Origin: the human T2T-CHM13v2.0 reference genome, Homo sapiens
Strand: one strand, 5' to 3'
Length of the DNA stretch: 64,000 nt
Assembly: GCF_009914755.1 (NCBI RefSeq)
Contig: NC_060932.1
The notes below the pieces were generated by a model. It had not been told where the DNA came from, did no database searches, and saw nothing but the letters and a program-made list of their open reading frames with translations. The position numbers were made by a program, and so were the translations under genes. The number at the start of each line of letters is the position of its first letter. The first letter of the stretch is position 1. Shown here piece after piece: positions 12,326 to 25,427 of this stretch.

Positions 12326-12571
12326 GCGGCTGGCTTATTTCACTTAGCACTACATCTTCAAGGTTTATCATGTTGTAGCATGTGTCAGAATTTCCTTATT
12401 TTTTATAACTGAAAAATATTCTGCTGTATGTAATAACCACATTTTCTCTATCCATTCATCCACCGGTGAACACTTGAGTTACTTCTACCTTTTGGCTACT
12501 GTGAATAATGTTGCTAGGAACATTATAATGTTCATATAAAGGGTACAAATATTTCTTTGGGTCCCTGCTTT

Positions 12572-12896
12572 CTTCTTTTCTTTTACTCTCTTTCCTTTTC
12601 TTTTTCTTCTTTTGAGACAGAGTCCCACTCTGTTGCCCAGGCTGGGATGCAGTGGTACAACCTCGGCTCATTGCAACCTCTGTCTCCTAGATTCAAGTGA
12701 TTCTTCTGCCTCAGCCTCCTGAGTAGCCGGGATTACAGGCACGTGCCACCATGCCCAGCTAATTTTTGTATTTTTAGTAGAGACGGGGGTTTCACCATAT
12801 TGATCAGGCTGGTCTCAAACTCCTGGCCCCAAGCAATCTGCCCACCTCGACCTCCCAAAGTGCTGGGATTACAGGTGTGAGCCACCGTGACCAGCC
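12572..12896 (-). mobile_element. Alu (AluS-like)
   Basis: Full dimer; T-rich tail; TSD TCCCTGCTTT on both sides. Confidence 0.95.
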
Positions 12897-13625
12897 TGAA
12901 TCCCTGCTTTAAATTCTTTTGGGTATATACCCGGAAGTGGGATTGGATTATATGGTAATTCTCTGTTTAACTTTTTTGAGGGACTGCATACTGTTTTCTA
13001 CAGCAGCTGCACCACTTTACATTCTCTCAACAACAGCGCACAAGGGTTCCAGTTTCTCTGCATCCTTGACAACACTTGGGATTTTCTGTTATTTTGATAA
13101 CAGCCATCCTACTCTGGCTGTGGCTATTGTCTCTTTTCTTTTTCTTTTATTTTTTAACTTACAAGTGATGAGACACAGTAAACGTTTACTTTCTTCCATT
13201 TTCCTTGTGGTAACCCCCAAGTCACACCAGTGCACTGCCTCTGTGGTGGAGACTGTGGAAATTCAATAAGGAAGGGAGCAGGAGAAAGATAGGAACAGGA
13301 GAAAGACCTGATGTGGTTGGTGTTGTGGAGTTTTCATGATGATGGCTAGACTCAAGCATCTTCTCCGAGCTGTCCGCAACACTCAGCACTATACACACAT
13401 TGTTTAATTTAACCCTCCCAATAATTCTAGGAGGTCAGTAGTAGTATTATCTCTGTTTTATAGCAGAGGAAATGGAAGATTAAAAGAGAAAATAGTTTTA
13501 TAACTAGTCACACAGACCCTAAGAAGTAGGAACCTAGATGGTGATAGCTGCCCATCCTCCCCTCTGGCATTATTGGGACAATCAAAATCAGATTGATATA
13601 TTTAATATCTTTAAGAGTGGCTTGA

Positions 13626-13905
13626 GGCCATGCACAGTGGCTCACACCTATAATCCCAGCACTCTGGGAGGCCAAGATGGGTAGATCACTTGAGGTTAGG
13701 AGTTCGAGACCAGCCTAGTCAACATGGTGAAACCCTGTCTCCACCAAAAAATACAAAAATTAGCCAGGTCTGGTGGTGTGTGCCTGTAGTCTCTAGCTAC
13801 TCAGGAGGCTGAGGCAGGAGAATCACTTGAACCTGGAGGCAGAGGTTGCAATGAGCTGAGATCGTGCCACTGCACTCCGGCCTGGGCGACAGAGCGACAC
13901 TTCCT

Positions 13906-13936
<31 letters not shown>
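13626..13936 (+). mobile_element. Alu (AluS-like) with long poly-A
   Basis: Full dimer; TSD AAGAGTGGCTTGA / AAGAGTGATTTGA. Confidence 0.95.
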
Positions 13937-13939
<3 letters not shown>

Positions 13940-14094
13940 TGATTTGAGGGTGGAAATGGTAACACAAAGGGCAAATAAGGGAATGTTACAAGTAAGCAAA
14001 GATCACTGGAGTTGAGCTTAGAAAGATGTTGTCTTTCAGCCTGCTACCTATCTTCTCTAAGCCTTCATTTTCTCATCTGTAAAATGAGAAAATT

Positions 14095-14470
<376 letters not shown>

Positions 14471-14505
14471 TCATGCTGACCTTGGCGATGGAAGGGCCCC
14501 AGGTG

Positions 14506-15379
14506 TGTCAGCTGAAAAATCACACAATTGATGAATTTAGAAAGGAGAGCTTTATTTCTTAAGAAGGAGATCGCAAACTGCAGGCGGGAAGTGCAACCAC
14601 TGGTTGAAAACCAAAAGCAAGGACTTTTTTGCTGAAGGGGTTGGCTGAGAATACATATTCAACAGGTTCTGGGAGGAGCTATGAATATTCATGAAGGGGG
14701 AATGCATGCACGCATAGTAAGCAAACATGCACTTTATGTTCCATGTTCATTTTTGGTTGGAGACTTAACATTTAAATGCATTACAGTTAGGTTCTGTACG
14801 TTAAAAGGTGAGGCAAGGACATGAAGGCCCTCAGTGCTCAGCCTCTGTAAACCAGCCAGAACCAGTCCACGGTCAGTGGTCTTATCAGGAGAAAGTTACT
14901 GAAATCAGTCTCTTGTCCAATCAAAGCTGTAGTTACAGCTGGTGGAACAGGGGTTCGGTTAGTCACTGTCTGGTGGAGCTGCAAGTGGTTTACTATTGCT
15001 TATCTTGAGGCAAGTGTTGTTTAGCTGCTGGAGAAAAAGAAGAACCCTGTGACAGTTAGAGCTTAGTTGATTCTTTAAGTGTAGGTGTGCCTGACTTCAC
15101 CATTGCCTGCACGGCCTTAGGTCCTGTTTATAATTGGGTATCTTATCACCACAGAGTCTGTTCTGTCAGTCTTATGATCTCTGCTTTGGCATTAATGCTG
15201 GTCAGTTGTTTCTAGTGTTTAAATGAAAACGGGAGTATGTATAATGAGGTGCATCCAACCTCCTGTCCTGTCATGGGCGGGAACTTAGTTTTTAAGATTT
15301 CTCTGGGGTTCCCTTGGCCAAGAGGTGGGTGGGACCATTCAGTGGTTTGGGAGGCTTAGGATTTTATTTTTAGTTCTCA
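14506..15379 (-). mobile_element. ERV1 MER4-group solo LTR (MER49-like)
   Basis: TG...CA termini, 4-bp TSD GGTG (14502-14505 / 15380-15383), and a MER4-group end CCCTTGGCCAAGAGG..CATTCAGT..GGCTTAGGATTTTATTTTTAGTT. Confidence 0.85.
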
Positions 15380-16221
15380 GGTGGGAACACCTTTTCATTC
15401 AGTAGAGATTTCCTGGACTGACTCTGCCCAGGGGAAGTGCAAGACCCAGTGCCTGCCCTCCAGGGGCTCTGCAGCTGCTGGGGCAGAGACTGAGGCTCAG
15501 GGGACGTAAAACAAACTCCTCAAGGTCAAACGTGAAGGAGGGACTTCCAGAGAGTCCTGGGTAGGTAAAGGAGGAAGAGGTCAGGGTCGGCTCCCTGAAG
15601 GAGCAGGAAGAGGAGGCTGGGTGGCCCAGGAGGAGATGGACGATTTCCTAGACTTGCAGCCATCCAGCCGCTTAGCTCCAAGCATGTGAGCTGAGTTCCT
15701 GCTGCAGGGGAGACTCACTCCCAACACCCCACCTCGCATCCTCACCAGTGTTTGAGTGCTCACGCTAAGAGTGTTCATCTTTTTTTTTTTCTCTTCCTCT
15801 TCAGTAAAGACGCATTGGGCATATATTATTTATGATAATTAAGTTAATATTTTATATTGTATAGGTTTAAATATTTTATCCTCCCATAATGCATGGAGTT
15901 CCTAGGGAGCCCTGCGTGTTCTGAGTACTCTGTGGAGGTCTCCAACCAGGACCCCTCTGGGTGGGCCCCAGCCCCCCAGGGCTGGCAAGAGCACTACAGC
16001 AGCACAAGCCTGGGGTCCACCACTGCCCTGGGCTCGTGGGGCTGGCCAATCTCAAGTCTCCTGCACCCTGCCTCACTGAGTTCCAGAGACCTGGCAGGAA
16101 GAGGAGTGCAGGGAGGACTCTTCTGGGCCTAAGTGCTAGGGAGGCCCAGGGAGCTGCCTTCCCCATTTCTGCCAAGGCAGGGGCCATGGAAGGGTCCACT
16201 GCTGGGATCCAAATGTTAGTC

Positions 16222-16833
16222 CAGGTAGCACATCCCAGATCTGGGAAAATCCGAAATCCAAATGCTCCAAAATCTGAAGCTTTTTGAGCACCCACATGAT
16301 GCTCAAAGGATATGTTCATTGGAACATTTCAGATTTCAGATTTGGGATTTTTGGATTTGGGATGTTGTACTAATCCATTTTCATATTGCCATGAAGAAAT
16401 ACCCAAGACTGAGTAATTTATAAAGAAAAAGAGGTTTAATGGACTCACAGTTCCACCTGGCTGGGAGGCTTCACAATCATGGCAGAAGGCAAAGAAGGAG
16501 CAAAGTCATGTCTTACATGGTGGCAGACAACAGAGTATGTGCAGGGGAACTGCCCTTTATAAAACCATCAGATCTCATGAGAACTCACTCACTATCTTGA
16601 GAATAGCACGGGAAAAATCTGTCCCCACGGTTCAGTTACCTCCCACCGGGTCCCTCCCATGACATGTGGGGATTATGGGAGCTACAGTTCAAGATGAGAT
16701 TTGGGTGGGGACACAGTCAAACCATATCAGATACTCAACTAGTATAATGCAAATATTTCAAGATAAAAAAAAAAAAAAGGAATCCTAAACACTTCTGGTC
16801 CCAAGCATTTTGGATAAGGGAGACTCGACCTGT
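16222..16833. mobile_element. Tigger4a/Zombi (MER46-type) DNA transposon, split by THE1
   Basis: GAAAATCCGAAATCCAAATGCTCCAAAATCTGAAGC..CACTTCTGGTCCCAAGCATTTTGGATAAGGGAGACTCGACCTG. Confidence 0.85.
16366..16729 (-). mobile_element. THE1 (MaLR) solo LTR
   Basis: TGTACTAATCC..AAGAAAAAGAGGTTTAATGGACTCACAGTTCCAC..GAGATTTGGGTGGGGACACAGTCAAACCATATCA; degenerate 5-bp TSD GATGT/GATAC. Confidence 0.92.
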
Positions 16834-17027
16834 GATAAACTGCCACAGTCCTGCTGTGATGTGAAGAGTGAAGAAGGCAGAACAGTATGTTTAGAATGCC
16901 TCCTATTGGTAAAAACGGGAAAATCAGACAGGTGCATGTGTACTTGCTTATTTAATCATAAAGGACCACTGCAAAATTACAGTTTGGTGTGTACCTTTGG
17001 GAGGCCAAGTGGGGTGGGAAGAGGACT

Positions 17028-17147
17028 TTATACACACACTTATATATATACAGTACAATGAGTGTGGGTGTGTATACATGTGTGTGGTTTACATTTGCAT
17101 TTGTGTGTGTTGTGTTTATATATGTATGTGTGTGTGTATATGTGTTG
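17028..17147. repeat. Degenerate (TA)/(TG) low-complexity tract
   Basis: Alternating purine-pyrimidine runs. Confidence 0.8.
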
Positions 17148-17436
17148 GTGCAGAGAGAAAACTTCCTGAACTGTATCAATGTATTAGACCATTTTTAATG
17201 TCTTATTCCACCAGTAGCGTAAGGTCCCAGGATTTTCCCTATCCTGGCCTGGGCCAGATGGCAGAGGGGTTTCTTTCGAGCCTCTTTGAGCCCCCAGGGC
17301 CCTGGGCCCCTCTCCTCTTCTCCCTCTAGTCCCACCTAAGATGACCCACAACCCCACTACCCACGTACCAGCAGTTGTTAACTTTTTTGGCTCCTCCCTT
17401 TGCATCTGCATCATCAACATCATTCCCAAAACCTAA

Positions 17437-17824
<388 letters not shown>

Positions 17825-18179
17825 TCATGAATAACATTTCTAAAATGCGTTTCAGGGATGTACGGTACACTGAGCTGTCCCTAACGTCTCAGTGGCATCT
17901 CTCCTCTGATCCTGATGGGGGTGGCAGCCACTTCCACCAATGCTGTTTGAGAGGCTGGAATGGGCCATTGTCCATAAGGTCCACATTGCCCCTAGGTCCC
18001 TGCAGCCCCCACCTAGCACGGAGGAGATGGTCAAAGCATTTGCTTCAGTATCTGCCCGATGTACGTAGATACCTGCTTCTGGGAGTCTTCTTCAGGCCCC
18101 CAAACTGAGATTTGGTTTTCCCTGAGTTGCCCCTGTGAGAGAGACGCTACAAGCAATGATTCTGTTTTACAGGAGGCCA

Positions 18180-18785
18180 TTAGCTACAGCCAGAGTGTTA
18201 ATGTCCCCCAAATGCATGTGTTGACATCCTAACCCCATGTGCTGGTCTTAGGAGGTGGGGGTTTGGGGGGCGATCAGTCGTGAAGGTGCAGCCCAGTGAT
18301 GGTGTTAGTGCCCTGATGAGGAGGGTTTGTTCACAGTGAGAAGGCATCGTCTACGAACCAGGAGAGCCCTCACCAGACACCAAATCTGCCTTCATCTTGG
18401 ACTCCCAAGCCTTCAGAACTGAGAAATGAATTTCTGTTGTTTGTAAGCCTCCCAGGCTGTGGTAGGTTTTGTTTTGTGTTTTGAGACAGGATTGCACGGT
18501 CACCCAGGCTGGAGTACTGTGGTGCAATCATGGCTCACTGCAGCCTCGACCCCCTGGGCTCAAGTGATCCTCCTGCTTCAGCCTCCTGAGTAGCTGGGTC
18601 TACAGGTGGGTGCCACCCTGTTTGGCTAATTTTTTTTTTTTTTTTTTTTTTTAGCAGACATGAGATCTGCTTATGTTGCCCCGGCTGGTCTCAAATTCCT
18701 GGGCTCAAGCAATCCTCCTGCTTCGGCCTCTCAGAGTGCTGGGATTCCAGGCGTGAGGCTGTGGTAGTTTTGAGGGACTGAGGCA
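18180..18785 (+). mobile_element. MLT1A-type MaLR LTR interrupted by an Alu
   Basis: GAGCCCTCACCAGACACCAAATCTGCC..TTGGACTCCCAAGCCTTCAGAACTGAGAAATGAATTTCTGTTGTTTGTAAGCC. Confidence 0.8.
18467..18755 (-). mobile_element. AluJ-like, slightly 5' truncated
   Basis: GGGCTCAAG diagnostic in both arms; TSD AGGCTGTGGTAG on both sides. Confidence 0.92.
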
Positions 18786-20171
18786 GGGCCGGAGCCTTGG
18801 GCAGGAAGGGTCCTGTTCCTGCAGGAGTGGAAAGTAGGGCATCGTGGACCTTATGGACAAGGGAGTGGAAGGTCCCCCCGGCCTGGGTCCTTACTGCAAG
18901 GTCTCACCCTTCCCAAGGAACTGCCTGGGCCTCCGTTTTCTTCTTGCTTCCTCACCTCCCGACGGTGAGGGAGGCAGAGGGTGGCGGGATGGGGATAGGA
19001 AAGTGAGCAATTGCTGGAAGGTGGGAAACCCCAGCCGGGTGGCATAAATAATTCAGCACCTTAGCAGTTAACGAGTTATGCTTTTAAGGCATGGACAGGA
19101 AGCTTGTTCCGCTAACGGGCTGATGTCCTTTTGCTCTTTGGAGAGCAGCTGTCCCCGGCGTTCGTAGAGCTGTGCTCGGGCTGCTTCCCTGTGCTTGTCA
19201 GGTGGGGGCTGTATGCCCAGGTAGGGCCGGGACGTGCACTTATTCATTTGCAGGTGCATATTCAAGGCCCTACGGTCTCAGCTGCCGTCCTTGGGAAGGG
19301 GCGAGTACAGATGGGAATTGGTGGGAGTCCTTGTGGAGGGCGTGGGCCACCAGGCTGGAACTGTTACCGCCGGGCTCTCCCCTCTCGCACCAGAAGGTCT
19401 TGTTCCATCCACCCTGGACGTTGGGGCCAGCGCGTGTTGTCTCTGTTCCAAGTTCTTTGGTGGCCCCAGCCATGGGTCCGTCAAGGCCCAATGTCCTCAT
19501 CTCGGAAGAGAAAAGGCACACAGAAGTTACTCATGGGCAGTGCGCGTCCCTCATCTTGCACACACAGCGTGTCCAGTAAGCAGGGAAAGGCTGGCCTTGG
19601 CCTAACCATGGCTGTTGCAGGCCCATCTGAGGCTGCAGAGCCTTCTGTTCCAGGGCTTCATTGCCCAGCCACTCTTTGTAGCTTTCCCAGGGCCTCAATC
19701 CCCCCTCTGGTGTTGCTTCCTCCTGCCTTTTGGATCTGCAGTCTCCCTCTTTTCTGTTTCACACCATGAGTGAGATCTGGAGTGGATTTTATGACTTCAG
19801 TACATTGGCTGGTGGCCTCCCCTTCGCTTTGCATTTCTAGGGCAGCTGAGTGGGGCGGCGTGTGCTTCCCTTCTTGTCCTCGGCGGTGTGATGACACTAC
19901 AGGCTTCTTCCTGCCAAAGTCCCCTGAGGTCTCCCTGGCTCTCACTGGGCCTGCGCCACTCTCTGGGGACCATAAGCTCTGAGTGGCAGGGTCTCAGTGC
20001 CCACCCGCCCTGCAGCTGGGGGTGGCGTCGACAACTGAGTTGGGCGGTAAGCAGCCCTAGTGGGAAACGAGTGAGTGTAAGCAGGTAGCTAAAGCCTCAG
20101 AAGCCCACCTAGCTGCCTCTGGCCAAACTAAGGCAATCTAAATCACTTAAATTTATTACATGCCTGAAGTC

Positions 20172-20458
20172 GGCCAGGCGCGGTGGCTCATGCCTGTAAT
20201 CCCAGCACTTTGGGAGTCTCAGGTGGAAGGATCACTTGAGCCTAGAAGTCCTTGACCAGCCTGGACAACATAGGGAGGCATCGGCTCTACAAAAATAAAA
20301 AATAAAAAAATTAGCCAGGCGTGGTGGTGAGCACTTGTGGTCCCAACTACTCAGGAGGCTGAGGCAGGAGGATCATCTGAGCCTGGTAGTTTGAGGCTGC
20401 AGTGAGCTGTGATCATACAACTGCACTCCAGCCTAGGCGACAGAGCGAGACCCTGCCT

Positions 20459-20462
<4 letters not shown>
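20172..20462 (+). mobile_element. AluJ-like, tail replaced by (CA)n
   Basis: Full dimer followed directly by a CA repeat. Confidence 0.92.

Positions 20463-20514
<52 letters not shown>
20463..20514. repeat. (CA)26 microsatellite
   Basis: Perfect dinucleotide run. Confidence 0.97.
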
Positions 20515-20520
<6 letters not shown>

Positions 20521-20960
20521 CTACAATTACTTATCTGAGTCCATGAAGTGTACTCTTCCCTTTTCCCCACAATTTATTCGTGCCTCTCCACACAATGTGT
20601 CCCTGCTCTCTGATTTAATTATACTTAAAATACCTGTGTGACCTCGAGTGACTCACATGACATCATAAGGACTCAGACTCCTTAACTATAAAATGAGCGG
20701 GGTGTCCTAAATTAGTAATTTTCTAACATTTAAAAAGCAGAGACACTTTTTTCTCAAATTAAATCCTACACAAGCTCACCGCTAAACAAGTTAGATACAA
20801 GTAACATTTTTCATATAAAGGTTCCCATAAGTTAAAACTTAGAATGTCACTTGCTAGTAAACTTGCAAATGAGAAAAACCGGCCCCTTTCGATGACACAG
20901 AAATTTGAAATCAGGGATCAGGGATGGTAGTTAATAGTTTGTCTTAGACATTAGTCTTAG

Positions 20961-21433
<473 letters not shown>

Positions 21434-21486
21434 CATTCAATCATTTTTACATGCGTGTAACACAGTATTGAGAAATACAGCATTGA

Positions 21487-21779
<293 letters not shown>

Positions 21780-22365
21780 GTATTAAAATTCTTGATCAAC
21801 TCATGTAATCACATAAGTGGTGGTTGTGGATGGTAAAAAGTTTTTTTAACAGCTCAACTTATAATTGTTGGGTGAAACAGATGCAGAAATTTGAGAAGTG
21901 TTGTGTTATTTCTGTGTCACGTAGCATCACTAAATGATATCCACGCCTCGTCATAAGTATAAGTAGGATCATAATAAATACAAAAACCTGCAGAGGGCAC
22001 CGACGTTTTCAGCTGGCTTTCATACCCGATCTAGGGGGCTTCTCAAGCAGGGGAGAGCTAACTGAGAGAGCTCGCCAGAGCGGTTCTAGCTCAAGCCAGT
22101 GTGCACTGCCTAGGATGGGGCACGCCCCACCCTGTGCTCACAGAATAACACACGCAGCCACCTTCCAGGGAGTTCGGACATGAAAGCGTGACCTAAGTCT
22201 GTGGCCCAAGGTGGCCTCCCAGTTGTTAAAATTTGGTATATAACTTAGGGTTCAAGGGCTGTTTTCAAATTGTGGTTTAAAAACACAGTTACGTCAACAT
22301 AATGAAAATGTGCCTTAAACTTCTGTTGAACCCTCCAAAGAACACTCACCCCCAACTCTTGAGAG

Positions 22366-22594
22366 CAGTGTTGTTCAGATCTTAGCATGCATCAGATTAA
22401 GCATGCTAAATTCTCAAAATTTACTGTGCAGCCACCTGGCTAATTTGTTAAAATGCAGATTCCTGGACCCCACCCAGAGATGCTGATGTAGCAAGTCTGG
22501 GGTGGGGCCTAAGAATGTGCATTCCTAACAAGCTCCCATTGATGCTGATGCTGCCGGTAGCAAGATTCACATTCAACGGTTTGGAAACTCTTTG
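22366..22594. mobile_element. MER5A (hAT-Charlie)
   Basis: TTGTTAAAATGCAGATTCCTGGACCCCACCCAGAGATGCTGA..GGTGGGGCCTAAGAATGTGCATTCCTAACAAGCTCCC. Confidence 0.85.
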
Positions 22595-22763
22595 ACCAGA
22601 GAAGATATCTTTGGGGTTATTCTTACTTTAAATAGGGGCACAGTGGCTTCCTCTAGGTCTCCCACCTCTCATCTGAGACATGAAGAGATTGGATTAGAAA
22701 CTTTCCTAGAATCCTACAAGCTTGGAAGTGCTTCTCTCTCTGCCTGGTAAGAAGGAACTTCCA

Positions 22764-23071
22764 GGCTGGGTGTGATGGCTCATGCCTGTGATCTTAGCAC
22801 TTTGGGAGACTGAGGCAGGAGGATCACTTGAGCCCAGGAGTTAGAGACCAACCTAGGCAACACAGTGAGACCCCATCTCTACAAAAACTAAGAAAAACAA
22901 TTAGCCTGGTATGGTGGTGGGTATCTGTGGTCCCAGTTACTCAAGAGGCTGAGGCAGGAGGATTGCTTGAGCCCAGGAGGTCAGGGCTGCAGTGAGTTGT
23001 GACTGCACCACTGCACTCCTGCCTAGGTGACAGAGCAAGATCCTGCCTCAAAAAAAAAAAAAAAAAAAAAA
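22764..23071 (+). mobile_element. AluJ-like
   Basis: Full dimer with GAGGATCACTTGAGCCCAGG and poly-A. Confidence 0.93.
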
Positions 23072-23799
23072 GACTTTCACAGGTAACTCAACTCAGATTT
23101 CTCACATGCATCTGGTCAGATACACAAAGGGGAGCCCTAGATGTAGGTAGAATCAGACCTGCCTTTTTCAGGGAAAAAAATCAGACCTGTGGCATTTCAG
23201 GGAAACCACTTACCTCCCTCTCCTCAGTTTCCCCATCTATCACATCAACTCACTAATCTCCTTCCTGCCTCCTCACAGGGATGATGGATCTGAAAATGTG
23301 TGAGAAATGACACACCACTGTCTGTACACATGTAAGGAGCTGTTGTAATCAATATCTTTGAAATGCTTATTCATGCAAAACAGGATATTTCAGGTCTCCA
23401 AATTCTTCAGCGAGAACTTCGAGATGCAGCTGGGTTCTTGAAGTTCAGCTGCAGAGCAGAACTTGCTCTTAGGCCACTGGGGTTCCTCCCCAGGCCACCC
23501 TGGGGCTTCCTCCTCCCTTTATGTAGATGTGATGAGTCCCAGATTACCCCACTTCTTGGATCCTGTTTGGGTGCAGAGATTTGGCCTTAATCTTCTCTCT
23601 TTCCTGGAGTTGCACTTTGCCTGAAGTGCAAAGAGCCCCATTCATGATTTGATCTCCTGGCTCCTGCATGGCCAGTGGGGGCCCAAGCTGCCACAACGCA
23701 GGAAGATGGCTTGATGATGCTGCTGATGCTGGCGGTGATCCCGATGGTGTGAGCTGGAAATGGGGTGCTACGTCATCGTTGTCATCGTCATCATCATCA

Positions 23800-24060
23800 T
23801 CCGAGCAGCCACCAGATAGCTTGCACCCACGCTGGGCTGGGCACGAGACTGGCTGTTTGTCATAGTTTGTCTTTCGACCTCATGGCAGCCCTTTAAGGTA
23901 AGTATCATCATCCCCATTTTACAGATGAGGAAACCGAAGCTCAGAAAGAATCAGTAACTGGCCCAGGGTCACACTACTACTAAATGTGTACGCATATGAA
24001 ATGCAGAGTCTTCAGGGCACTGGCTGGCAGTCTGGCAGTCCCACATCCCTCACCCACCAT
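23800..24060 (-). mobile_element. MIR
   Basis: ATCCCCATTTTACAGATGAGGAAACCGAAGCTCAGAAAG..CCCAGGGTCACAC. Confidence 0.85.
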
Positions 24061-24369
24061 ATGTGGCCTCTCAGGGTTTGGCTAGTACATTAGTATCACA
24101 CCGCAGGAGAAGCCCAGCTTATGCATCACTGTGAGGGAACAGGCAAGGCTGGCCGGTATGGATGGAGATGGGTGTGCTGGGTGGGGACAGAGCACAGAGC
24201 AGACCTGGCCATGGTAAATGTTGCACACACCCACTTCCAACCCATCACCCCTTCCCCATCAGAGGCAGGAGGGAGGTAAGAGAATGGACAGGCCTAGGGA
24301 GGGGCAGCTGTCCCAGCAGGGGCCTGACAGTCATGTGCTGGTATCTTTAGGGGACTGAGCTTAGGGACA

Positions 24370-24990
24370 AAGTTGTCTCCCATTCCATCTAGTTTTAAGC
24401 TGCTGTCAGGCTGACCTGTCTAAGGTGCATGTCACTCCCTTCCTGGAAAGCCTGCCATGGCTCTCTGTTGCCCATAGAGTAAAAGCCAATCTTACCTGCC
24501 TAGCTTCAGGTACCCATATTCTCTGGCTCCCCCATCCTTGTGCTTCATGTGGTACATTTCACCTGGAGCTCTAGACACATGCAGCTTCTTCCCCTTCCCC
24601 ATAAATGTCCTGGACATTTTGCCTTGTACCTTTACCCATGATGCTCTCTCGGCCTGTGGCACCCTTCTTGTTATTTTGTTTGGCTAAACTGTGCTCATCT
24701 TTCAAAGCTGCAGCTGAAGTGCTGGCTCCTCCATGCCGTCTTCCTGGATCTTTGAGATCCTCCAGCCTCTCATTTCCCACACTGTGCAGCCTTTCCTGTT
24801 GAACTCCCTCAGCTTCTCTCTCTTCCCCTTGTCTGGCACTCACCATTCCCCATTATTCTTTTATCTCCTACACAGGCCATGTCTCCTTGAGGCATGCGTT
24901 TTATGTGATTTGTTTTTTTCTCATTTAGTTTGGTCGTGGACTGTGCTTTGCAGACAGTTGGCACTTAACACATAAGGTTGACTAAACAGG
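24370..24990 (+). mobile_element. Degraded L2
   Basis: CATGTCACTCCCTTCCTGGAAAGCCTGCCATGGCTCTCTGTTGCCCATAG..TTGGCACTTAACACATAAGGTTGACTAA. Confidence 0.6.
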
Positions 24991-25019
24991 CTATGCTGGA
25001 GCAACAAGGGACTGCTCTT

Positions 25020-25310
25020 GAAATTTGAGGATGTGGTTATAGTCCTGGCTCTGCCATTCCTGGCTGGCCAAGCTGCTTCTCTGCAGGCCTCAGTTTCCTC
25101 ATTTGTAAAATGAGAGAGCTGGATTGTATGGGTGGCTCTCCATGTCTAGTATACGGAAGAACTACTTGGGGAGCTTGTTTAAAATGTGTATTTCTGGACC
25201 CCTAGGAGTCATAATCTGAAGATACGAGTGGACCTGGGTATCTGCATAATTCACACACACCCAGAGGCTTTCTCATTCAGTTGGTTCTCAGACTACCCTT
25301 TGAGCGACTC
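25020..25310. mobile_element. MIR fragment followed by a MER5-family fragment
   Basis: GGCCTCAGTTTCCTCATTTGTAAAATGAG, then CTTGGGGAGCTTGTTTAAAATGTGTATTTCTGGACCC. Confidence 0.6.
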
Positions 25311-25427
25311 TGTTTCAGGTCGACTTTGGGGAAAGGCCTTTCTAATTCTAAGGGGCTGGTAGAGCAATGAAGGGAAGCAGAGGTTATGGGGCAGTGCCCA
25401 TAATGAGTGGGGCAGGGGCCATTAACA

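Larger units (their letters stand above)
11208..13115 (-). mobile_element. Old L1M (L1MB-like) 3' region hosting nested L1MA and Alu insertions
   Basis: GGTAAAATACATATATTAAATTTACCATTTTAAC..GTGGCATTAAGTACA. It breaks at TTTGTGACTGG (11499) and resumes at GGCTGGCTTATTTCACTTAGCA (12328), then again after the Alu at 12897. Confidence 0.8.

Noticed and set aside
19131-19769. 212-aa ORF in a mildly CpG-containing region
   Set aside because: Non-ATG start, several overlapping ORFs on both strands, no family resemblance.
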